From Eledone cirrhosa (taxonomy: Eukaryota): 64,000 nucleotides of DNA. Location: the NCBI GenBank assembly GCA_964016885.1, contig OZ024740.1:321842001-321906000 (forward strand), written 5' to 3'. The notes under the pieces were generated by a model that saw only the letters and a program-made list of their open reading frames with translations, made no database searches and was not told where the DNA came from. Both the position numbers and the translations under genes were made by a program. Positions 25,714 through 41,606 of the stretch are shown here, piece after piece. Numbering within the stretch: position 1 is the stretch's first letter; each line of letters starts with the position of its first letter.

Positions 25714-27632
25714 GCAAATGTTTGATGGAACTTCTAATGTCTGAATCTCTAGAATGTAATGAGTAAATTTGATGGTTTTTACAGAGTCGAGTTCCAATAG
25801 TTTGCAGACGATAATGATACAAAAGAAAAAAAATAGCTGTCAACTGACGGCACACAGACTTGTCGTCTGCAAATGTTGGAAACCGTGGACGTGTGGAATG
25901 ATAAGTAAAACTGGATAAAAATAAACATTTTCTCATAAATGATTAGTTTTTCTTCTCCAGCGTTTTATTTATTTATATAGCCAAGCAGCTTCTTAAAAGG
26001 TGATAATGTTGCTATTTCTATGAATGTATACATGCATATATATATATAGTAACAAACTGTAACAGCACGAATCAACCAATGAAAGGTTGTCACGTTCTTT
26101 TCGTTCGCTCGTTCTGTCACTCTGAAGTGCAAAAGCTCAGGTGGATGTTGCTTCATAATTAGTGCTGTCGTCTGTATATAGAGCAGGTGACAGCACATAT
26201 GTAAATTGATTCTGTCTACTGCACTGACAAAGTGCAAGCTCTCTCTTCTTCTCTGGTAGTTGTCTTCTCCAGTGAACTTGCAGCTGTTGCTCTTATCAAC
26301 TCAATTACTCCATTTTTGTATATATTTTCTCATTTTCACTGAAATACGTTGTCTCGTCTACATATTTTCTCTTTATCTACATCTGCCAATCATTGCTATG
26401 AATATCTTTTTCTTCCTGTCCTTTCCTATTTTCCTTATTGCTAGTTACTCTAGAAAATATAATTTTCATTTTCTTCCTTGTATACAAACATTTATCCGTT
26501 ATTAATTACACACTTGGAGTATCTTTTATCTATATACTTCATCAAAGCCGACACAAATATATGTTAGGATGTTATCTTACGTAAAAATGTGGACTAGTAT
26601 GTATGTTGTCTACCAATCTGACCATACAAGATGAAGCGTTCCAAGCTTATTACTTCAATAGTCAAAAATAGAACGTTGTCGATGGCAATACAATACGCAG
26701 TTCTCCGTTCCGCTTGAGTGTGTCCTCACTCATACATTGAAATCATATCTTTCCCAAGGTTTTAGGTTATAGAATAGACAAAAGCAAACTAATTCTTTTC
26801 TGAAACTCGGGGAAATCTAAGTGGTTTTTATCTCCATTTTCTCTAGCATTCAGTGGTTGGTTAAAAAAAAGTTTAACGTATGTTCTAAGTCAGGAGGCTC
26901 ATCGGTTTTGTTAGTGAGAGTACATAGCTCACCCATGAACAGGACGTTGCTGGTGCTCATTTTCAGCTGTTACCTTGGAGAAGCGTAGGATGAAGTGCTT
27001 TGTTCAAGAAATCAACACACCACGATCGTAAGCCCAACATTTTAACCACTGGGTCACGCATCTTCATGTTGGGTGATATAAATATGAGGCTGGCCGCATA
27101 AAAGTAGACCTTCCTCTGCTTTCTGAAAAAACCAATTATCTATTCCTCACAGTCAAATAAATGTAAGCATGGTCATATAGTGTTCCATATTCAATTCAAA
27201 TATGTGCAACATTGGGCAAGTGTCTTTTTCCATAGCTTCAGGTCGACATAAGCATTGTGAATTAAGATTTGGTATACAGAAACTGCGCAGAAGCCAGTCG
27301 AATAGACTGTACCTGCTGTAGATTTAATCTGTCACCCGTTATAACAACCACGCCTTTATAATCTACTGTGTTTAATACCACCACATGGCCCTTGAGTGCT
27401 TCTTGTTGCAAGCATTCGTATCCGGTCTAAGAAGGACGAAAAATACACCGTTTCTTCCTTCATTTCCATCACTAATGGCTGTGTATAAAAGTAATTGGTT
27501 TAAATTATACATAAACGAATGTTTCACTTTATAGGTACTAAAGAGGATAAACAGGAATATCTAAAGTTAAGATTTTAGTCAATGTTATAATATCAACCAC
27601 AACTAAAAGTAATATGTAAAACTAATCTCCGT

Positions 27633-28155
27633 AATAATGATTCCTACATTAGGCACAAGGCCAATAATTTGGGGGGAGGTGAAAGTCGAGTAAATCGATC
27701 CTAGTACTTGACTAGTACTTTATTTCATCGATCTCTGAAGGATGAATGACAAAGTTGAGCTCACCGGATTTTCAACTCAGAACGTAAAGGGTCATAACAT
27801 TTAGCATTTTGTCTCACGCCCTAATGATTCTGTCAACCCAATCAATTTCAGCACTAGCTTGGTACTTTTTTGCCGACTCCGAAAGGATGAAAGGCAAAGT
27901 TAACCTCGGTGGGATTTGAACTCGCCGAGTCGAAAGACAGAACCAATAATGTTTTCTGATTTAGGCACAGGGTTAACAATTTGGGGGGAGGGGAAAGCCG
28001 ATTAAATCGACCGCAGTGCATCACTGGTACTTTTTTTATCGATCCCCTAAAAAGTTAACCTCGGCGGGATTTGAACTCAGAACGTAAAGGGCCGTAACTA
28101 TATGCCACAAAACATGTTTTTCGGCGTTCTACCGATACTGCCAATCCCCCGCCCT
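27633..28155 (-). mobile_element. Cluster of SINE family 1 copies (two long, one partial)
   Basis: Repeated AAAGTTAACCTCGGCGGGATTTGAACTC and GGCACAAGG motifs. Confidence 0.85.
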
Positions 28156-28409
28156 TCAAGCCACTATAATAATACCAACCACAACTAACATTAATATATA
28201 AATTTAACCTCTGTAATCTACCCAATAATATCAATCAAACTTTATCTTAAAAGCAACACTTGACACTTTCAACAAATGAGAAAAAGGATTTAGTTTTTCA
28301 AGTGTTCGTGTAACGTCAAGGTAACTCAATCTTAATAACTCAGTTAACCGCAATAACCACAATAATCCACCATAATAGATTGGATTCACTTGTGGTTGTC
28401 CTTCATTAT

Positions 28410-28600
28410 TGGTGGATTGGCAGTATCGGTAAAGGGTCGGACGCCATGCTTTGCAGCAAAGAGTTACGACCCTTTATGGTCTGAGTTCAAATCCCGCCGA
28501 GGTTAACTTTGCCTTTCATCCTTACGGGGTCGATAAAATAAAGTACCAGTAATACACTGAAATAATTGCTGGCCTTGTGTCAAAAGTAGAAACAATTATT
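28410..28600 (+). mobile_element. tRNA-derived SINE family 1 (~190 bp; central domain resembles the MetaSINE domain as recalled)
   Basis: A box TGGCAGTATCGG, B box AGTTCAAATCC, GCCTTTCATCCTTACGGGGTCGATAAAATAAAGTACCAG, tail AGAAACAATTATT. Confidence 0.9.
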
Positions 28601-28607
28601 ACTAGCA

Positions 28608-29115
28608 TTTGTTGATATTGTTGATATTACTGTTGCTGTTGTTGTTGCTGTTGTGCTGTTGATATTGTTGTTGTTGTTGCTTTTGTTATTGTTATTGCTA
28701 TTGTTGCTGTGGTTATTACCGGTGCTGTTGTTATTGCAGCAGCTGCTGCTGTTGTTGTTGTTGTTGTTGTCATTGCTGCTGTTGTTGCTTTTGTTGCCGT
28801 GATATTGTTGTTATTGTTGTTGCTGTTGTACTGTTGATATTGTTGTTGTTGTCGTTGTTGTTATTGCTGTTGTTGTTGCTTTTGTTGTTGCTATTGTTGC
28901 TATTGTTGCTGCTGTTGTTGTTGCTGTTGTTGTTATTGTTGCTGTTGTTATTGTTGTTGTTGTTGTTGATGTTGTTATTGTGGTTGTTGCTGTTGATGCT
29001 GCTGTTGTAGTTGTTGTTGCTTCTGTTATTATTGTGTTGGTTATTGTTTCTGCTGTTATCGTGGCGACTGTTGTTGTTGTTGTTGTTGTTGTCGTGGTTG
29101 TTGTTGTTATTGTTG
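28608..29115. repeat. Degenerate (GTT)n microsatellite
   Basis: Direct inspection. Confidence 0.95.
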
Positions 29116-29287
29116 TAACTTACTCTATGTAATTGTCATGTTTGACTTGACAGAGAAGTTCCAGTGTTGTCAAGCAGATCTCTCACCGTTGTTGGTTTAA
29201 CGTAACAACAAAACTACATTTCTATTTGAACACGCTTCGCAAATACATACATACACACGTATATATATATATATATATATATATATC

Positions 29288-29433
<146 letters not shown>

Positions 29434-29462
29434 GCATGTATATATATATATGTATGTGTTTG

Positions 29463-29524
<62 letters not shown>

Positions 29525-29548
29525 TGTGTATATATATGTATGTTTGTA

Positions 29549-29594
<46 letters not shown>

Positions 29595-29943
29595 TGTATA
29601 TCTATATATATCTATACATATGTGTCGGTGAGCGTATGTCTCTCTCTCTCTCTCCCTCTCTCTCTCTGTATATGTATATATATATATATATTATATATAC
29701 ACACATATATATATATATATGATTTGTCCCTTTGTCTTTTCATATCCATTGTTTATTAGTCTCCATCACAAACCAGTTTTTTTGTCTAACAGTTGACGAG
29801 TTGACAGAGGACAATACGAGTCATGTGACATACCACGTGTTCCAGCCTTGACATCTAAAGTAGGTCTTACTTTAACAGGTTAAGGTGATTCCAAACTGTT
29901 TCATATTATTTCTCAATAAAGGTAGTGTGTATATATATATATA

Positions 29944-30325
29944 TCGTTAGAGGATCGGACGCCATGCTTTGACGCATAGAGTTACGGCCCTTGCCATTCT
30001 GAGTTCAAATCCCGCCGAGGTTAACTTTGCCTTTCATCCTTATGGGGTCGATAAAATAAAGTACCAGTAATACACTGGGTAATTGCTGGCCTTGTGCCAA
30101 AAAGTAGAAACAATTATTTCTCAATAAAGGCGGTGAATTGGCAGTATCGGTAGAGGGTCGGACGCCATGCTTTCCAGCATAGTTACGTCCCATTACGGTC
30201 TGAGTTCAAATCCCGTCGAGGTTAACTTTTTTTTGCCTTTCTCATCCTTACGGGGTCAATAAAATAAAGTACCAGTAATGTGCTGAGTATTTGCTGGCCT
30301 TGTGCCAAAAGTAGAAACAATTATT
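29944..30325 (+). mobile_element. Head-to-tail SINE family 1 pair
   Basis: Two copies separated and flanked by TTTCTCAATAAA (~29909, 30117, 30324). Confidence 0.88.
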
Positions 30326-30339
30326 TCTCAATAAATGTG

Positions 30340-30955
<616 letters not shown>

Positions 30956-31039
30956 AGACCCTCTTCCTGCTATATCAAGCGTTAACCTAATATATTCCTT
31001 CCATATACCGTACCGCTTGTGTTGTTATTTCTGTTTACC

Positions 31040-31192
<153 letters not shown>

Positions 31193-31800
31193 TATTTTAC
31201 ATTATTTATTTGTGTTCATACACAGAAATATAATATTTCTCCTCTCTTCCCGATTGAGCACTGTTTTCCTTCTCTGTGTGTATAAGTAACCTTTTTAAAG
31301 GTAAAATATAGGAAAACGAAGTTGAAAATGTAATTGGAGTCCTTAAGAGGATAAATTAATAATAATTTTACCGGTTTCAAAGTTACGTGAGATGAGTAGC
31401 TATGCAGTGATGTGATAGTCACACATCGCTGCATCCCACTTAACGTTTGAAAATCATTCAACTGTGAAACCTGCAAAGTTGTTATTAATAAATATTCTTA
31501 AAGACTCCAATTGCATTTTCAACTTTCTTTTCATAAATATATATGAAGCACGACTTAAAATTTGCCAGGTGGTGCTATTAAGCTACCCAACACTAGTCTA
31601 ACCTATCCAAGATATAACATATTCAAACATTAACTGATACGTGTGGGTACAGGATAAAGTTTATTTTCTGAAAAGAAAAGTATCAGTGACTTCGAAGTTT
31701 CGGCGTATATAGTAAAATTAAGATAATTTACTGACTAGGAAATATGTATAACGACTCAATTAATAAAAGACCCTAACATCTACAACTTCACATTTTCCTC

Positions 31801-31863
<63 letters not shown>

Positions 31864-31910
31864 GGACGATTTCCTTCGAATGAACCAGTTCTAGTCCTGT
31901 AGAAGTCATT

Positions 31911-31990
<80 letters not shown>

Positions 31991-31993
31991 CCC

Positions 31994-32024
<31 letters not shown>

Positions 32025-32143
32025 ATGTAGAAAGGATAACACACTAGAGAGAGATAGAGTGTATGCGATCAAAAAAAAGGGAAACCACCAGCACATAATA
32101 TACAGAGAATAATGCAAGTCTATTATGACTCCGTTTATATTTG

Positions 32144-32180
<37 letters not shown>

Positions 32181-32182
<2 letters not shown>

Positions 32183-32777
32183 TAGCAGTGGTACCCGGCG
32201 TTACACGGGATAAGGTATTGTGAAAAATATAACCGCCCTACCTAAGCTTAATATTGCCACAACCACAGCTGGCAAAGAAGTAAGGGTCTGGTGGTACGTA
32301 AGTAAGCAACACTGTGGCTTAAAACGTGAGGAAGAAGTTGTGTGCACTTACTTACCAACTGTTTGGGGAATGAGTGTGAGATTTGTCTTGAGCAAGGGTG
32401 GCGGAATAACCGGAGGCAGCAGACAGCCAGACATACAGACAGATATTATAAAGGCGCCTTCTGGACGCAGAGCGAATTGTAGGAAGTGACGTAATACAGA
32501 CAGCCAGACATACAGACAGATATTATAAGGGCGCGACATTATATGTATGTTTCTATCTAAAAAGAGAAAGACTAAGAATTATAGAGAGAGATCTCTAAAT
32601 CGCTTAATGCAGTCCCTAGGGCATTAACAATTTGAAATGCTTTTTGCTCAGAACACTCCCTGAAACATAAGTATTACATGTGTAAAATTTGAAAACAGTC
32701 GGTTGGGTGGTTCTCTAGTTTTAGGGATTCAAACTCACACACACACAGACAGACATCCTCAGTTTTATATATATAGA
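32181..32777. mobile_element. Helentron/DINE-1-like non-autonomous element (HINE)
   Basis: ACTAG..ACCCGGCGTTACACGGG hairpin end, internal CAGA repeats, terminus TTTTATATATATAGAT; related pieces at 33351-33457, 33932-33970, 62229-62445 and 63179-63210. Confidence 0.6.
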
Positions 32778-34327
32778 TTATATATATATAATATATATAT
32801 ATATATAATATATATACATATATATATACACACACGCACACACACACACATATATATATATATATGTGTGTGCGTGTGTGTGTGTATATATGTATATATA
32901 TATATGTATATATATTATATATATATAATCTCCTTATAATATATAACCATCAATTTCACTGTTTGTCTGTCGGTCCGACAGTGGAAACACGTGCGCGCGT
33001 GCGAATGTTTTTTGCGCACGCGTAGAGAGAGAGTGAGAGTGAAAGAAAGAGACAGACTACGAGAGGGGGATAGCGGGAGGGAGAGAGGAAGAGAGAGAGA
33101 GTGAATAGACGCTAAAACGCGTGCGCGCGTGCGAATATTTTTTGCGCACGCGTAGAGAGAGAGAGTGAGAGTGAAAGAAAGAGACAGACTACAAGAGGGG
33201 GATAGCGGGAGGGAGATAGCGGGAGGGAGAGAGGGGGGAATTGAGGAGTGCTACAGAAACATATATACATTTCTGTGTGTGTGTAATATATATATATATA
33301 TACACACACAGAAATATATATACATTTCTGTGTGTGTAATATATATATATACTAGCAGAAAACTGCCCATCGGGTGGTTTTCTGCTAGTCTATATACATA
33401 AAACTGAGGATGTCTGTCTGTGTGTGTGTGTGAGTTTGAATCCCTAAAACTAGAGAAACACGGTTTATTTTTTTTTATCCCGTTAGTAAAATAAGTTGGA
33501 TTACTTTGAATACATAATGAATGAAAATTACATAATTTAACTACTAAATTTCGCAAACAAAAATAATTTCTTAAAAATAAATAATTTAAAATTGACTTCT
33601 TTTCAAAGTTGCACTTCCAGTATATCGTTGCCACCACCACCACCACTTCAACTACCATATATATAGAAAGAGAGTGTGTGATGTCAACACTTCCGGTGGC
33701 GATCACTTAAATAAACCTACTAATTTTCTGTCACTAATTTTCTCCTAATGCAGTTTATATATAATATCGTCTTTTTTTAATGTATCTCTGATTACGTTAC
33801 TGATTACATAAGACAGTGTAACAACGTCTTCGTTCAATTTCTGTTTTTATTGTCAATTACGATTTTATTTGATGTATCATATCTACATGTATATATACTT
33901 GCGTATAATATCAATATACACACTACAAATGTTAGCAGAAAACCACCCTTAGTGTGGTTTTTCTGCTAGTGTATATCATTAAGAGAAGAAGCTTATCGAA
34001 TAAAATGGCTATATATTTAAAAGTTAAATATAGCTTTGAGATTAAAAAAAAATGTTCCGCTTCTTCAGCATCATAATAAAATGTTACAAAACTGCTTGGT
34101 CATCAGAATTTCATGACACATGGGTGGGTTGAATATGTTTACCTCATCAATCACTTTTATTATATTAAACAAAATTTCTTTTTTATATATATTTATTTCT
34201 AAGGTCTTTTTTTTCCGGTGTCGTTTTAAAAAAATCCATATACTGATATTCCGTTGTTATTAGCCTTAAGGGTGTTTCTGTCTGTATGTATGTGTACACA
34301 CACACACACAGACACGCACACACACAC

Positions 34328-34415
<88 letters not shown>

Positions 34416-34426
34416 GTATGCATATT

Positions 34427-34471
<45 letters not shown>

Positions 34472-34691
34472 ATGTGTGTGTATATGTGTGTGTATATGCG
34501 TGTGTGCGTATGTGTGTATGGGTATATGTGTGTGCCTGTGTATGTGTGTCTATGTGTGTCTTTGTCTGTGTGTCTCTGTATGTGTGTATGTCACTATTAG
34601 AGGGGTTCGGAGTGAGAAATAAATAATAGTTGTGTCATTTATCTTATCTCTGTGCTCTAATTCTCTGTTTGGCGTGAGAATGGCGCATACA

Positions 34692-34785
<94 letters not shown>

Positions 34786-34835
34786 TCTGTATATATATAT
34801 ATATTAGCAAGGCCTCATTTATATATATATATATG

Positions 34836-34872
<37 letters not shown>

Positions 34873-35273
34873 GCACGTGTGTGTGTATATGTTTATATAT
34901 GTATGCATGTATATATATATCTGTGTGTGTGTGCATGTGTATTATATCCACACAAATATGTTTACCACACAATGAAGGGTGCTGAAGTAACACCGTTGTA
35001 ATCTATTATATATGCCATAACCTCTCTCTTTACCTTGTATTGCTATGTAGATGATTATGATGATGATGATGTGTGGTTATATATGTACGCATGCATGCAT
35101 GCATGTATGTATGTATGTATGTATGTATGTATGTATGTATGTATGTATGTATGTATGTATGTATGTACCATTCTCTAGAAAGCACCAGAGCACAAAGATA
35201 AGATGACATAATTGTTATTTACATTTTGGTCTGATCTTCTTTAGTAGTAACGCATTGTATATATATATATATG

Positions 35274-35304
<31 letters not shown>

Positions 35305-35306
35305 CA

Positions 35307-35339
<33 letters not shown>

Positions 35340-35779
35340 GCATACATACATATATGCGTACATACATGTTTAAAATATATCATTAGTGAAACTTTCCAAA
35401 ATAGATTAATTTATGTATAAATCTTTCTCTCGAAAAAAGACATAATACGACAATATTAAACAAATAATGAAATTCTACATGTTATCGACAAAAGGAGAAT
35501 ATTTACGACAAATTAAAGCCCCCTGCATTTTGGCAAATTAATGTTTGTCTATATGCTCTCACAACGAGAGTAAAGCATTATCTTGGTGATAATAGAGACG
35601 TTAGCAGAAACATAACAACACAGAAAATGTCATCGTATATTTCAAACATAGAAAATACGATATCGACTTATGACAAACAATCGGCCATGCTTTAAATAAT
35701 AATAAAAAAAACTATACTCCTCTCCAATAAAGAGTGAAAAATATAGTTGAAATGATGTTTAAAGACAATACAAGCAGAA

Positions 35780-36095
35780 CTCTTCAATACAAAATGATCA
35801 CCCCCAAACAAGAACTTTGAGCTATTAGCTAGAATCTCCGATATCAAAAGAGAGTGGCTGAAAGGAAAATGTTTAATAAAAGATTCAGCTGAAACCAAGC
35901 ATGGTTTTATAGAGAGGGGTAAGTCAATAAATATCACTGGGGCCCTATCCCAGAAAGACATAGATTCCTTCTGGAGAAAAATATGGGGTGAAGAAAAGAA
36001 GATCAACCAAGATGCACTGGGGTTGAAAGAGACTCAACGAACTTTTGTCTCAGCATTATTCCAAAAGCAGGTAGCATCAATGAGACTGTGACAGA
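35780..36095 (+). pseudogene. R4/Dong-like non-LTR fragment (pre-RT region)
   Basis: Hand translation gives ...SQKDIDSFWRKIWGEEKKINQDALGLK, the FWxxIW..N..A motif. Confidence 0.5.
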
Positions 36096-36099
36096 AAAG

Positions 36100-36200
36100 C
36101 TTCACAATATGGCCGCTCCAGCGTAATCTATATTGAATGATGAGAGATTCAATACTTTCAAAATGACTTCGTTCCAGCACTTCAGATTCACTTATTATGT
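36100..36200 (-). pseudogene. RTE-clade LINE C-terminal fragment
   Basis: ISESEVLERSHFESIESLIIQYRLRWSGHIVK, the RLRWxGH motif. Confidence 0.65.
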
Positions 36201-37407
36201 GAGTGCCAATGGATACCGAGTATTTGGCGAAGACACAGTTGATGAAAATGTTCAACCCTTTATATATTTCCGTGGTATGTGGCCTAAGTTTCATATGCAT
36301 TTAACAATGAAGACAATTATGACTACAGTAATGACAACGATACACATGAAGACAATACACCTTTAACTTTGTATCAATGGCAATACCACGTCAACACCAG
36401 AGATTCCTATCTAATTTACTAAAATAATCACTTGCTTTCTTTAATCGTAACAAGATTTCACCATTAAGGGTGTTTGCCATGTTAACTGTGCTGCCTTAAT
36501 ACACAAATGCATGCATAATGCATGTGTAATCTTTACACTTTTATAATTATTCAACTAATCCCCTTGTCTCAGTCTGAAATGTCAATGCCTGTTCTCCTCG
36601 TGACATACGAACTTGAACTAGTTGATACTGGTTCCTAATTTAATGCTACCATTTCACCACTCTGCCACAAATACGTCATCATTCGAATGTATTTTATCTG
36701 CAACTAGATGCCTCTCCCCACTGGCTTCTCACTACCCCACCTTCTACAGATATCTACCTTATTACCTCTAACACTTGTAAATTCTTAAGCTTGCAATTAA
36801 CTATAAGCATGGCATAAGTTATCTCCCTCCTCCCCTCAACTTAAAAAAAGGAGTTTCCTCCCCATTTCCCCCCATCTACGTATATGTGTGACGGACAGAC
36901 AGAAGAAGAAACAGCTTTTCTTTAATAATATAGATTGGGAAATATATTTTTCACTCTGACTCTGTTCTGCTGTCTTCCTCGACTCTACTTCAGTAAATCC
37001 TGTACACAGCGATTGTAGTATCTATCATTGTTCAGCTTACTTTTATGTTTATATATTCTCATTTAGCTTAAACAATATGTTGAAAAAATGTGTCGCAATC
37101 TCTCTGTATTAAATGCAGAAAGAGCACATTATCTAGCTTTGAGTGTATTTGAATGTTGTAACTGCTCACAGAATATGAGAACAAACTTTTTTTTAATGCT
37201 TGATAAGATTGATATACCAATCGAAACCAGTAATATTTGAGAAAATTTAAATCCGCATAATGTAACAATTATAAAATTATTCATTTTGTCGGAGTAAAGA
37301 AAAAATAACCTTTAAATATACCACTGTGCTTATTCACTTTTACTTTTCACTCATGACCTTTGATTTGTATGGAACTTAACCACTTTTTTCAACTATATAT
37401 ATATATA

Positions 37408-37570
37408 TAACGAAGGAATTGTGGTAAGGAACCAGATGGACCATAACGCACCAAAGTACTCAATACTTAGGGTAGTAGAGTGGGTAATAGGAACAAGTAT
37501 AACCCCGACGGCAGAGCTCATGCCGTTTCAACGGCTTGAGCTCTGCCGTCGGGGTCATACTTGTTCCTAT
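37408..37570 (-). mobile_element. Miniature foldback PLE-like relic, same family as 20561
   Basis: Tail 37408-37486, arms 37487-37527 / 37530-37570, (TA)n on both sides. Confidence 0.8.
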
Positions 37571-37660
37571 ATATATATATAAACACATAAGCACACTAAC
37601 ATACAAACATACATACATGCACATACACGCCCCCCCCCATATATATATATATGTATATAC

Positions 37661-37726
<66 letters not shown>

Positions 37727-38103
37727 ATATATATATATATATATATATATAATAGAACTCGATGACAGGAGCTCTGTAGGTGTCAGTCGTGTTGACCATA
37801 TTAGGAATGGTGAATAAAGAAAACTTTTCACTAAAGAAAAAATAACATTTATTTATCATATATTTTTCTTTCTTTCTTTCCTTTCTTATCCCGAAAACAA
37901 ATAATTGTGAGATGAGGTGTGTTATGAGTGAGGGGTGGGGTGGATCAGAAAATGTAAATATAACCTACAAAATAAGTAAATAAATAAATTAATAATAATA
38001 ATAATAAATTTCTTTATTGTCCACAAGGGCCTATATATAGGGGACAATATAACAGACGGGGACACAAAAATCGTACAAAAATATAAATAGCAAGAACAAA
38101 ATA

Positions 38104-38508
38104 ATAATTGTTTCTACGTTAGGCACAAGGCCAGCAATTATCCCAGCGCATTACTGGTACTTTATTTTATCGACCCCGTAAGGATGAAAGGCAAAGTTAA
38201 CCTCGGCGGGATTTGAACTCAGAATGGCAAGGGCCGTAACTCTATACGCCAAAGTATGGCGTCCGACCCTCTACCGATACTGCCAATCCACCGCTATTGC
38301 TAATAATGGTTTCTTATATAGGCACAAGGCCAGTAATTTGGGGGGAAGGGAAAGTCGATTAAATCGACCCCAGTACATTACTGGTACTTTTATCGACCCC
38401 ATGACGATGAAAGGCAAAGTTAACCTCAGCGAGATTTGAACTCAGACCGTAAAGGGGTGTAACTCTTCCCCGCAAAGCATGGCGTCCGACCCTCTACCGA
38501 TACTGCCA
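38104..38508 (-). mobile_element. Head-to-tail SINE family 1 pair
   Basis: Two full copies; the second has the longer GGGGGAAGGGAAAGTCGATTAAATCGACC variant. Confidence 0.9.
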
Positions 38509-38529
38509 TTCGCAATAATATATAATAGA

Positions 38530-39345
38530 AACCACCAGCACCATTGTCACCATCATCAGCAACCCCACCACCATGACTGCCACCTCCCACCAGCAACAAT
38601 AATAATACTAACACCTCCATCATCAGTAAGCCCCCCCCACTTCACCACCGCCACCACCACCACCACCACCACCACCACCACCACCACCACCACCACCACC
38701 ACCAACACTACGACGACCACCATCATCATCACCACCACCACCACCACCACCACCACCAGCACACCACTACCACCGCCACCACCACCACCACCACCATCAG
38801 CACACCACTACCAACACTACGACGACCACCATCATCACCACCACCACCGCCACCACCACCACCACCACCAGCACACCACTACCAACACTACGACGACCAC
38901 CATCACCATCAGCACACCACCACCACCACCACCACCACCACCACCAGTACCACCACTACGACGACCACCATCATCACCACCACCACCACCACCACTACGA
39001 CGACGACGACGACGACCACCACCACCACCACCATCAGCACACCACTACGACCACCACCACCACCACCACCGCCACCACCATCAGCACACCACTACCAACA
39101 CTACGACCACCACCGCCACCACCACCACCACCACTACCAACACTACGACCACCACCGCCACCACCACCACCACCACCACCACTACCAACACTACGACCAC
39201 CACCGCCACTACCACCACCACCACTACCAACACTACGACCACCACCGTCACCACCACCACCACCACCACCGCCACCACCACCACTACGACCGCCACCACC
39301 ACCACCACCACCACCGCCACTACCAACACTACGACGACCGCCATC
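38530..39345. repeat. (ACC)n-based compound microsatellite
   Basis: Direct inspection. Confidence 0.95.
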
Positions 39346-40013
39346 ACTGTGTTAGAAACAGTGCCCGTGATGTGTGTTAGCTAACAAGTGTTTAGAAAGT
39401 GTTTAGGCAGCAAGGAGTGTGTGTTTATACACACAGATGGTGGTGGGGATGGATGTATGGGAAATGAATAAATAAATAAATATTCAATTTACTTCGTCCT
39501 CCCCTACATGTACCCCTTTTACCCCCTCCCATCGTTTCCTTCTCCTTCTCTTCCCCCATTTAACCTCTCACAACCTGTTCCTTAAATAGTCAAAGAAACT
39601 GTGATTGCACATATACACGCTAACACGAACGAACATACACGCTTATATACAAACATACACACATGTGTATGTATGTATGTATGTATGTATGTATGTATGT
39701 ATGTATGTATGTATGTATGTATGTACGAGTATGTATGTGTGTATGTATGTATATGTATGTATAGGTATATGTATATATATAATTTGAATTTGACCGCCCA
39801 AAACCGGAGTTAGCTCCCTTTGGAGTAACATGTGACCACACAACCGAATTGGTGTCAGAACGAAAGCCTGTTGAGAAAGTAAATCCTCTGTTCGATCTTC
39901 CAGAAACTTAACTTGCATACACTGCAAGCGGATTTTGTTGATTTCGGATTTACAGAAACCTAACTGAGATATTGCAAAATTTTCGAAGTGATGGTCCAGG
40001 TTTGGACCATTAC

Positions 40014-40166
40014 TTAATATAGAAATGGCTTCTTTAGGACAAGAACTGTTTCATTCGAATGAAACAGTTCTTGTCCTGTAGAAGCCCTTTCTATATTAAT
40101 TATTGTATATACTCTACTATATATTGAGTACCTTACTTACTGTGGTTACCACCGATTGAACCCGAC
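40014..40166 (+). mobile_element. Miniature foldback PLE-like relic (third family)
   Basis: ~43-bp arms centred on TTCGAA (40054-40059) containing GAAA-C AGTTCTT G-TC, ~65-bp tail, then (CA)n; a related copy with GACGA..GAAT GAA lies at 31861-31912. Confidence 0.7.
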
Positions 40167-40192
40167 ACACACACACGCACGCGCACACGCAC

Positions 40193-40276
<84 letters not shown>

Positions 40277-40949
40277 CACACACACACACACACACACACA
40301 GACACACACACACATATATATATATGACTTTTGAAGTGCACGTGTCCCAACGCTGATGATCACAATAACATACAGTCACTATAAACAATAGTTAAGAAAA
40401 TCAGATAAAGTACCCCTCCATACAGAAAAAAAGTAGACAGCAGCCGCTTCCAAGAGCTGAACCCTGACATTAGTACACCCTGTAAAGTGACATCCTTGTT
40501 GGGACATTATCCGATTTTCTCCACTATTATCTATAGTGATCGACTATTATATCCATTTGTTTTAAAACTCACACATTTCAAATGTTCTCAATGCCCTTTC
40601 ATTCAACCGGTTTGTCTTCCTATATATGTATATATAGTTTGATTAAAATAACAGAAGGCTGGACTGGTGAAGGTTCCCTTAAAGTTTTATTGTTGCAAAA
40701 ACACTATATATATTTCAATGGCCTGGTTACTAAAGATCCAGGCGACATATATATATTCTTTATTATGTCTAAATGGCGTGTCTTCTTACTTTGGTGTTTC
40801 ACCTGTGCACTCACAGGATCGTCATTGCCTGATGGTCCTGTAAATAGACAGGTGAAATTCCAGAGCAATGAGACTCATCCCTTAGACGTGATAAAGAATA
40901 TTCAAACTCTACTTCAGTATTGAGTACGTTTTGCCACGTCTGTCAACGT

Positions 40950-41027
<78 letters not shown>

Positions 41028-41606
41028 ATAGACTGTCCCGTCGTATATCGACGTAAGAGGGTTCAACAGTCTTTTCAGTTCAATTTTTTATGGTTATGCT
41101 TTAAATGGCACTTTAATCCAGCTGCTGATTTTCACACCAAGCCGCATTTAGTACAAATGAAAGGATTTTGAGCGGATCGGATGAAATGTTTGATCGGATC
41201 TTGGTGTTAGATCTTAGATCACGAAGATGGATCAGACGAGATTTTTCAAAGTTCTTTTTATGTATATATCTGTGTGTGTTTTTTGCTTTTGTTCTGTAAT
41301 GTTCAGCAAATAGAGGTCAATATTAAGTAATATGTACTAGCACCAGTGTGATCACCGAAATTCTTTAAGACGTTGTCTCAGTGTGAGCGCAGATCAATCG
41401 AATGACTGAAACTAAATTAGTGAAAGATCCGATTTATTTTCATAGTTATTGTTCTTTTACTTCGTTGATTCTATGTGCATGAAACTAAAACATCACTCCA
41501 CATCAACTCCCTTAAACATGAAAAGCACGTAATTAAAGAAGCCTCATGTTTGCTCCAAATGCTAGGCATACACACTCAGTAAGAGTCACTCATGGCAAAT
41601 GCACAC

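Noticed and set aside
26060-26260. CCAAT + TATA-like promoter
   Set aside because: Common short motifs with no downstream gene support.
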